Positions 39,558 to 46,476 of a stretch of 64,000 bases of DNA are shown here, in pieces (within the stretch, counting starts at the first letter, position 1; each line of letters opens with the position of its first letter). The stretch covers positions 64,240 to 128,239 of the forward strand of contig JAJFUG010000180.1 of the NCBI GenBank assembly GCA_021372515.1, in the 5' to 3' direction. The notes below the pieces were generated by a model. That model had not been told where the DNA came from. It did no database searches and saw only the letters and a program-made list of their open reading frames with translations. The position numbers and the translations under genes are program-made. This stretch comes from a bacterium (GTDB taxonomy: Bacteria > Gemmatimonadota > Glassbacteria > GWA2-58-10).

Positions 39558-40217
39558 CTATGACACCACCCGGTTCGATTCGGTTTCAGCCCGGATCGCC
39601 TTCATACCGGCCAGCGAGAACGCTATCACGTGCCTGGCATAGGCTTCAATATTTTCTATCCGCAAGGGGATATCCTTGTCTTCTCTGCCTGCGGGCCGGT
39701 TCAGTCTGGCGATCGGACCGATGCACTGACTGATCACGCTGGCCGCGCAGAACCGGACCTGCATATCGGGCACCAGCGGGCCGACCAGATCGCGGATCAG
39801 GATCAGCAGATTCTGCCGCAGCGGCTCGAGGGCTTTCCTCATCACCTCAACCAGCAGTCCGGTGGGGTTGGCCAGCTCTTTCTGCACGATCAGAAACTCC
39901 ATGTTGTCCCGGTCGGCAATGCGGGCCAGAAGGGAGGTGACCACCCCCCGGAACCGCTCCTCGGGCGGCGCCCCGGAGCTCACACCCCCATCGGGGGGAA
40001 AGCGCGTGATGGATTGATGGAAACTGTGCCGCCACGTTTCGACATACAGGTTTTCCTTGTTCCCGAAATGGTAATTCACCGCCGCGACATTCGCTCCCGC
40101 TCGCCGGCAGATTTCGGCAATCGTGGCATTCCGGTAGCCGTTTTCCGCAAACACCTGGCTGGCTGCGGCGAGCAGTTCCTCGCGTGTTTTGTTGTGGCCT
40201 TTCCTATTGCGATCCAT
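39558..40217 (-). CDS. TetR/AcrR-family transcriptional regulator, first gene of the efflux operon
   Basis: HTH TREELLAAASQVFAENGYRNATIAEICRRAGANVAAVNYHFGNKENLY. ATG at 40217; the track ORF extends to a TTG at 40292. Confidence 0.85.
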   Translation of the reverse strand: MDRNRKGHNKTREELLAAASQVFAENGYRNATIAEICRRAGANVAAVNYHFGNKENLYVETWRHSFHQSITRFPPDGGVSSGAPPEERFRGVVTSLLARIADRDNMEFLIVQKELANPTGLLVEVMRKALEPLRQNLLILIRDLVGPLVPDMQVRFCAASVISQCIGPIARLNRPAGREDKDIPLRIENIEAYARHVIAFSLAGMKAIRAETESNRVVS

Positions 40218-40264
40218 CGATTTCTCCGTCTGTTTGGGGGGCTGTTTCCTGTAATCAAATATAA

Positions 40265-40288
40265 ATTTAAAATAAACATTTAAAATAA
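40265..40288 (+). promoter_or_regulatory. AT-rich direct repeat (ATTTAAAATAA x 2, 13-nt period) upstream of tetR; candidate operator or promoter
   Basis: Copies at 40265-40275 and 40278-40288, each containing the palindromic TTTAAA, inside a sharply AT-rich stretch. Confidence 0.3.
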
Positions 40289-40759
40289 TCAATAGGAAAT
40301 GATGGGCCCGGAAAGAGAGACTTATCCTTTCATTACGGCGATCACCTCGCGGGCCACGATCGAGCGGACGATCAGCACCACGGCGCGCCGCCCACGAAAG
40401 AATGCGAGGAAAAGTGTCGCGGCCATGCGATGGATTACGAGGACGGTTCTCCAGTCATGGTCAAGCTGGGAGCGGACCGCAGTTGCAGGCGGGCTGGAGC
40501 GATGACTCCGGACATCGCAGGTGACGATGGTAGAGGTGAAGGGGGAAGTCCTTGGAGGATAATATCTAAGGCTCAGATCTCTGGCTGGCTGTGGCTGGCT
40601 GTTCGGAAGAGTCGCTGAGGTGGCAAGGATTGAGCTTTTTGTTTCACAATCTGCAATGAAAACAGATTGACGTTTGTGTCCTGTGAAATGAGAATAATGG
40701 ATGTTTGCTACCGCGTGACGAATAGCATGCACCACAGCCATGAAATCTCACAGAAAGAG

Positions 40760-41152
40760 ATGGAGATGGAACAAAATAAAACCATACTTCTCGCGGATGA
40801 CAACGTCCAGATACTGCGAATGCTGAACAGTTTTTTTAGGCGAGCAGGTTATAGATGCAAATTATGCACATGCGGGGAGGAAGCCGCCAATATCCTAAGA
40901 AATGACAGGGACATAGGTCTGGTTCTAACCGACCACAAAATGCCCGGGAACGAAGCGCTGCAGATGGTGAAAGAGATAAGGATAAAGTATCCGGATATAA
41001 AAATAGTCGTGATGTCAGGAAATTATTCAGATGATACACTCTTGGAATTGAAAGGAATAGGCGTCAGAAAGTATTTGCAGAAACCTTTGGAATTGAGGCA
41101 ATTGCAGATGACAATACAGGAAGAGCTGTTCAGTTCAATGGCAGGTGAATGA
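40760..41152 (+). CDS. Single-domain CheY-like response regulator (receiver only)
   Basis: Receiver residues are all present: LLADDN acidic pair, the phospho-acceptor D in LVLTDHKMPG, S in VVMSG and K in YLQKPL. No output domain. Low GC. Confidence 0.8.
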   Translation: MEMEQNKTILLADDNVQILRMLNSFFRRAGYRCKLCTCGEEAANILRNDRDIGLVLTDHKMPGNEALQMVKEIRIKYPDIKIVVMSGNYSDDTLLELKGIGVRKYLQKPLELRQLQMTIQEELFSSMAGE

Positions 41153-44100
41153 GGAAGGAAACATTGCGTTCGCCATCGAAATTGTGCTTCATGAAACCTC
41201 CAATCGATTCAAGCAGTGTTCTCGCCGTAGAAAACCCTATCCCGACTCCCCGGAGAGTACCCTCAAGATTCGGTTGCATTGTGAACGAAGACTCAATGCT
41301 ACTCCTTATCCGAGCTTGCTCCACTATCGAGTTAAGGCTGTCGATACGGATGATGACGAGATTGCCCTTTTCACTGGCAGTGACCGTGATTAAACCGCCA
41401 CGGCTTACCGGGATGAGCTGCTCCAGGCAATTGTGAACAATCTGCTTGATTACGGATACTTTGGCCGGGGCAACGGAAATATCAGTGTTGATATCGAAAA
41501 CCATTTCGATGTTTCTGGCTTTCAGCTGCTTTTCAAACATCCGGGTGACTTGTTTTAAAATATCGGCTATCGAGCCTGGAGTGGCGTGCGTTCGGCCGTA
41601 CAGCTCGTAAAGATGCGAGAGTGTTTGCGAAATGTGATTGATTTCTGAATTCAAGAGTTGCAGATACACGTAGTCCGGATTTTCGGGCGTAAAGCTTTTA
41701 CCGATAATGTAGAGGGAGTTTTTAATCGTTGAAAGTGGGTCGCTCAGAGTCTGGGCGATTTCAGAGGCGATCCTTCCAGTCAACGCTATTTTATTGATAC
41801 TCAAATTTTCAAGAAGAAGCTCTCTGCGGTGTAGATAGTCGGAAAGCAGGCCGCTTATTTCATCCAGATGATTCTGGTCGAAAGGCATATCCCAGGTGGC
41901 AGAAGTGGAAAAAACCGTGATGGAGCCTTTCACAACGCCTGTGATGACAATTTTACTGGATATGTATCCACTATCCGAAACCTGATTGTTTTCGGGATAG
42001 GATTTTCCATCATAGAAGATGACCACCAGCCTTTCTTGCGGATCGGCATAGGAGTCTTTAATGATAAACGCCACGTTGTTAAGAATATCCGATAAGTTGG
42101 CTCCCTTCTCAAATTCTGCTCTTATCTGGTTCCGGCAGGAGAGCTGCTTTACCTGTTTCTTCAAATCTTTTTCGGATTTCTGAAGTTCAGCCGTTCTTTC
42201 CTTGACCGTCAGCTCAAGCATTTTTTGGGATTTATATACTTCCTCCTCGGCTTTCCTACGGTCGCTGATATCGGTGATGAAACCCTCTACAGCCACAGGT
42301 TGTCCATCTTCTCCATAGACACAACTGCCCTTTTCCAGAACCCATTTATCAGGGCCGTTGAGTGTAACGATTCTATAATTCAGTTCAAACGGTCTTCTTG
42401 AGGCGACCGCTATTTCCAGATTGCTTTTCAGAATGCGGTAATCTTCTGCAGTTACGAGTGTGCACCTCGATTTGCCGACCAACTCCGATACAGTGTAACC
42501 GGTAAGTTCCCGGCAGCCCTCGCTGGCGAAAGTAAAGATGCAATCTTTCCCATCCATTACGCAACGATAGACCATGCCGGGAAGATTACCCAGCAGGGCG
42601 GTCATGGCTCTACGGCTTTCGTCCAACTCTTCAGCGATTTTCTTGCGTGCCGTAATATCCCTCGAGGTCCCATAGATGAAAATCGCAGAATTATCGGGTT
42701 CGACATAAAAAGAAAAAGTGAAGCTAACCCATATGATATCGCCGGATTTGCTAATACAACGGCATTCTCTGCGTTTTTCGTTTTTCGGGAGGTCTTTGTA
42801 TTCCCAGGGATTATTCAACAGCTTGATAAGCTGTTGTCTGTCATCCGGGTGAACGATTTCGAGGATGAGGCCGTTTCTGGCATAATACTCATCCCGCGAG
42901 TAGCCGAAGAACGTCTCTATAGCAGGGCTTAGGTAATTGATTTTGACTTCAGGATACACTTGGAATTTGTAAATAATGTCGAGAGATTCTTCGACAAGAC
43001 TTTTGAACTTGTTTTCGCTTTGCTCCAGGGCCAGAATGTGCCTTTTTATTGAAAGGGCATTGCTGACAATGTCGGTAAGGGTGGATACTGTTATTCGCAG
43101 TTCTTGCATCCATTCCTTATTCTCTGCCATGGAATGGATCCCAAGGAGGCCAACGATTCTTTCGGATGAGACAACCGGAGCGATCAGTAAAGACTTGGTG
43201 CCAATTGTATTGAAATGCTTGCGGGCTTTTTTATTCTTCGAGGCAAGGGATTGATCGGGAAAGAAAGTAAAGGCACCGGCCTTTTGGGATATTTCTTTTT
43301 TCCCCGGAAACTGATCCGAAACAAACTTTCTGATAAGGTCTGTCTGGGGACTCAAACCTTCCCTGCACCAGTAATTAGCCAATACTATATTATTTCCGTC
43401 CTGGTCGTATAACGAAAGATGAACCCTGTCCGCCTCAGCCAGGTTGCCGATAAATCCGAGAATTTTGTCTATTTCAAGATCGATGCTTTGAGGATCGGCG
43501 ATGATGATATTTCTGGAAAACGCACTGATCTGATTCTCCAGCCTTAATCTTGCCTCGAGTTCCTTCCTCAAGGATGTCTCACTTGTAACATCTTGAAAAA
43601 TCAGGGTGTGCACCGACTCGCCCAGCGAGACATCCGTGCCCATGTGCACCCTGAAAACCCGTCCGTCCGGCTTGTCTTCCTTCAGGCCCGTCTCGATATC
43701 CAGCGGGAATTGAAACTGCCGGATATCGTACTGCGATTTCCGGGTGAAAACCTTCACCTCATAGATGCAGGCTTCTCCTGAGAACGTCGTGAATCCAAAA
43801 TAGGGACGCCGGTCGTAGCAGGCGTTGATATCCGTCGATTCGATGCCGGTCAGATGTTTTCCGGACGACAGTTCACGAATGCTTCTTTTTAATTTACCGC
43901 CGATTCGCGAAGCCGTTATTTCATACTCGGTCCCTGGCTCCAGGATTTCCATGGTGCTGGCCAGGTTGGCGCCCTGCCTCTGGATGCGGGCTTCGAGATT
44001 GTAGTTGGAGGCGGTGCAGAAAGCATAGCCGGTAAGGTCACAGAGGGGGTGCTCCCGGCCGGAGTAGCCTGAAATAACAAGGGAAAGGTCTCGTATCAAG

Positions 44101-44708
44101 TCTGGATTGAGACTGGTTTTTATTCGGAAAGTTATCCGGATGTCCTCATCCGGACGGCAGAGCGGTTCTTCGTACATCAGGTAGCAATTGAGCGAATCAG
44201 AGACATGCGGGTGATGGAATATGATCCATTTCCCATCCTGTTCCTTTATTTGCCAGTGGTCGCCGCAGGCATGGTGGCAGAACCAGTTGACTCCGATCTT
44301 GTCTTGCTCCGAGGGGCCTGTGTAAACCGGGTTCCAGCCGCTTTCCTCGTCCGCATTCAAGGAGCAGATGTCTTTCATCTTCTCCAGATGCTTTTTTATC
44401 CGAGAATACCCTTCCTCATCCAGCAGTTCTTTCAAATGGGCTCTGTCATGAGCCAGTTGAGGCAGTCTCTCTGAAAGCAATGGGAAATTACTTGAAAAGC
44501 CGATAATCGAGAATCGGTCGTCAAGATAGACCTCCGGGATTTCAGCAAAGGCGCGGATGGTGAAAGCCGAGCGGCCAAACTTGTCCCTTTCACCGATTTC
44601 GAAGGCGTATCTGTCCCGCATCTGTTTTAGCAATAAAGCGGGAACCTCTCCCCTGCAACTCACAGCACCACCCCGGAAGTTTGAAGAATTAGTTATAATA
44701 ATTTCCAA
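41130..44708 (-). CDS. Large cytoplasmic multi-domain sensor: novel Cys/His-rich N-terminal domain, GAF, two PAS, a coiled coil, and a HisKA/HATPase_c-like C-terminus with apparently degenerate H-box and G1 box
   Basis: 1192 aa with no TM segments. PAS-like SRDITARKKIAEEL...GMVYRCVMDGKDCIFTFASEGCRELTGYT. H-box region reads IASEIAQTLSDPL, with Ser where the phospho-His is expected. ATPase region has an N-box (IVHNCLEQL) and G2 (GVGIGFS), but the G1 DxGxG is replaced by IDSLNS. Overlaps the 3' end of the receiver gene by 23 nt. Confidence 0.7.
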   Translation of the reverse strand: MEIIITNSSNFRGGAVSCRGEVPALLLKQMRDRYAFEIGERDKFGRSAFTIRAFAEIPEVYLDDRFSIIGFSSNFPLLSERLPQLAHDRAHLKELLDEEGYSRIKKHLEKMKDICSLNADEESGWNPVYTGPSEQDKIGVNWFCHHACGDHWQIKEQDGKWIIFHHPHVSDSLNCYLMYEEPLCRPDEDIRITFRIKTSLNPDLIRDLSLVISGYSGREHPLCDLTGYAFCTASNYNLEARIQRQGANLASTMEILEPGTEYEITASRIGGKLKRSIRELSSGKHLTGIESTDINACYDRRPYFGFTTFSGEACIYEVKVFTRKSQYDIRQFQFPLDIETGLKEDKPDGRVFRVHMGTDVSLGESVHTLIFQDVTSETSLRKELEARLRLENQISAFSRNIIIADPQSIDLEIDKILGFIGNLAEADRVHLSLYDQDGNNIVLANYWCREGLSPQTDLIRKFVSDQFPGKKEISQKAGAFTFFPDQSLASKNKKARKHFNTIGTKSLLIAPVVSSERIVGLLGIHSMAENKEWMQELRITVSTLTDIVSNALSIKRHILALEQSENKFKSLVEESLDIIYKFQVYPEVKINYLSPAIETFFGYSRDEYYARNGLILEIVHPDDRQQLIKLLNNPWEYKDLPKNEKRRECRCISKSGDIIWVSFTFSFYVEPDNSAIFIYGTSRDITARKKIAEELDESRRAMTALLGNLPGMVYRCVMDGKDCIFTFASEGCRELTGYTVSELVGKSRCTLVTAEDYRILKSNLEIAVASRRPFELNYRIVTLNGPDKWVLEKGSCVYGEDGQPVAVEGFITDISDRRKAEEEVYKSQKMLELTVKERTAELQKSEKDLKKQVKQLSCRNQIRAEFEKGANLSDILNNVAFIIKDSYADPQERLVVIFYDGKSYPENNQVSDSGYISSKIVITGVVKGSITVFSTSATWDMPFDQNHLDEISGLLSDYLHRRELLLENLSINKIALTGRIASEIAQTLSDPLSTIKNSLYIIGKSFTPENPDYVYLQLLNSEINHISQTLSHLYELYGRTHATPGSIADILKQVTRMFEKQLKARNIEMVFDINTDISVAPAKVSVIKQIVHNCLEQLIPVSRGGLITVTASEKGNLVIIRIDSLNSIVEQARIRSSIESSFTMQPNLEGTLRGVGIGFSTARTLLESIGGFMKHNFDGERNVSFLIHLPLN

Positions 44709-45006
44709 ATACTAAAATCTCTTGAGAAATATTGCAAGAGATTTGTGGTATATACGGGTACGTAATTAAAGAATAAAAGCGTTGCAAAATTAAATAAAAC
44801 GAAAACCGTTTAAACAGACGTTTTGAAAAAATATTTACAGAATTTACAATGTATTTATCTTGAGTCAAGCTTTGTAACAGGATAGAATTAAGTGAAAAAA
44901 TTTGTGCAAATTATTAAAATGGGCTCGGATGCGAATAAGTTGCATATACAATAGAAGGTGATGCTAATAAAACAAGATAAAGTCAATAACCGTTAAAGAG
45001 AGATTT

Positions 45007-45723
45007 ATGCTGGCTGATGATTTAACAATCAGAAGTTTGTTCGACTCTGTCCTCTGGCTGCTGGAACAAACCAGCGTGCCGGCCCTACTCGTTGATTACC
45101 GCGGCAAGATAATAACAGCCAACACCCCTTTTCTTAGCGTGACAAAATTCCAGGAGGAGGAACTCCTGGGGAAAAGGTGCAGGGAATTGGAAGTAATTGA
45201 AGATTTGGTGGAAATACAAAGACGGAAAAAATATCTGAAATCACAAATAGGGCACTACCACGGGTACTCAATCATTATCGACCGGGACAAAAAGGAATTT
45301 TTCTGCCGACTCAGTATCGATAAAGTCGCCTGCGATAGCGCCGCCTACTATCTGAAGCAGTTCCAAATGATGAACCACAACAAAATTGAGGAATTCAAAG
45401 ACCTTGTAAAAATACGCAATACTATTGAAGAAAATCTCCAGGAAATCAGGGATGTATTTGTCCTGGCTCGCGTGGTGCGGATGGATTACCGCAGGATCCT
45501 GTTTCTGATGAAGGAGTTTGAGGGGGTCACTCCCAAGCGTTACCTGACCGGCGTGCGCTTGAGACGCTGTCTCGAACTGATAGAGGCTTCGAGCAAGACT
45601 CAGAAGGAGATCGCTTTCGAGCTCGGTTTCTGCGATGTCTCCCACCTGTGCAATGTCTTCAAAGACAGCATGAAAATGACGATTACCGAATACCTGAAAA
45701 CAAACTGCTGCCAGAACGGTTGA
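45007..45723 (+). CDS. AraC/XylS-family transcriptional regulator with an N-terminal sensory (PAS-like) domain
   Basis: C-terminal dual HTH RYLTGVRLRRCLELIEASSKTQKEIAFELGFCDVSHLCNVFKDSMKMTITEY. Low-GC gene in a divergent arrangement with the sensor gene across a 300-bp AT-rich spacer. Confidence 0.8.
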   Translation: MLADDLTIRSLFDSVLWLLEQTSVPALLVDYRGKIITANTPFLSVTKFQEEELLGKRCRELEVIEDLVEIQRRKKYLKSQIGHYHGYSIIIDRDKKEFFCRLSIDKVACDSAAYYLKQFQMMNHNKIEEFKDLVKIRNTIEENLQEIRDVFVLARVVRMDYRRILFLMKEFEGVTPKRYLTGVRLRRCLELIEASSKTQKEIAFELGFCDVSHLCNVFKDSMKMTITEYLKTNCCQNG

Positions 45724-45761
45724 TTCCATATTCCCCCAATCCCCTCCCTGGGAGGTACGAG

Positions 45762-46427
45762 ATGTTAAGAACAATCCTCGTTACTCTGTTGTTTGTCTTA
45801 CCAGCCTCCTTGATGTCGGCAGATGGAGTGAAATATCAGAAAATTACGCAGGGCGACTGGGCGGTGGTGCTGGTCCGGGGCCTCAATCTGGATGCAAACA
45901 AGCCGCTCGAAAAGGTGCAGGATTTCACCAAATTACTCGAAAAAGTCCAAATTGTGCCCCAGGACGGTTGGAAGATCGACCGGATGATTACGGAAAGCGA
46001 TTATCTGGGGACTCTGGGAAAAGCCCTGATTTATCTGAACTCGCAGAAAGTCGACAAGAAGCAGGCGGAATTCGACCGGTTCTTCGCTTTCCTCGAGGAT
46101 AAAGTCGGCCTCGATCTTTCCCAGCTGCTTGCTCTGCTGCCCAGGAATGGCAATCTGCAGAACCTGACGGATGGTCTGGCGAACTACATCTCCTCCAAAA
46201 CCGGTGCTTCAGGGAGTGACACCCGGCCGGGTGCTGAAAGTACCGCCTCCGGCACGAAGAGCAAGATCACGGGTGGCGGGAACAGCGGTCCCGGCCTGGC
46301 TGCGGTATCCAGCCCGGTGGCCAGCCTGGCCGCGGCGCTGACTGCATACGCGCCCGGACCCGGACCCTCGAACCCTGATTACTGGAATATTTTCTCCAAG
46401 CCGGCAAGCCCGATACTGCCGAATTAG
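45762..46427 (+). CDS. Secreted hypothetical protein (signal peptide; Gly/Ser/Pro-rich C-terminus)
   Basis: MLRTILVTLLFVLPASLMSA signal peptide. RBS gggaggt 5 nt upstream of the ATG. No recognisable domain. Confidence 0.55.
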   Translation: MLRTILVTLLFVLPASLMSADGVKYQKITQGDWAVVLVRGLNLDANKPLEKVQDFTKLLEKVQIVPQDGWKIDRMITESDYLGTLGKALIYLNSQKVDKKQAEFDRFFAFLEDKVGLDLSQLLALLPRNGNLQNLTDGLANYISSKTGASGSDTRPGAESTASGTKSKITGGGNSGPGLAAVSSPVASLAAALTAYAPGPGPSNPDYWNIFSKPASPILPN

Positions 46428-46476
46428 GGTGAGCTTGGGTCGATTTCTTTCCTGAATCCTGAATGGAGGTAGATCC

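Noticed and set aside
40293-40759. ORFs 40299..40505 (+), 40322..40741 (-) and 40430..40618 (+) in the tetR-receiver spacer
   Set aside because: Translations lack recognisable domains and have odd composition. The region is more likely promoter or leader DNA. A small ncRNA cannot be excluded but nothing specific was recognised.
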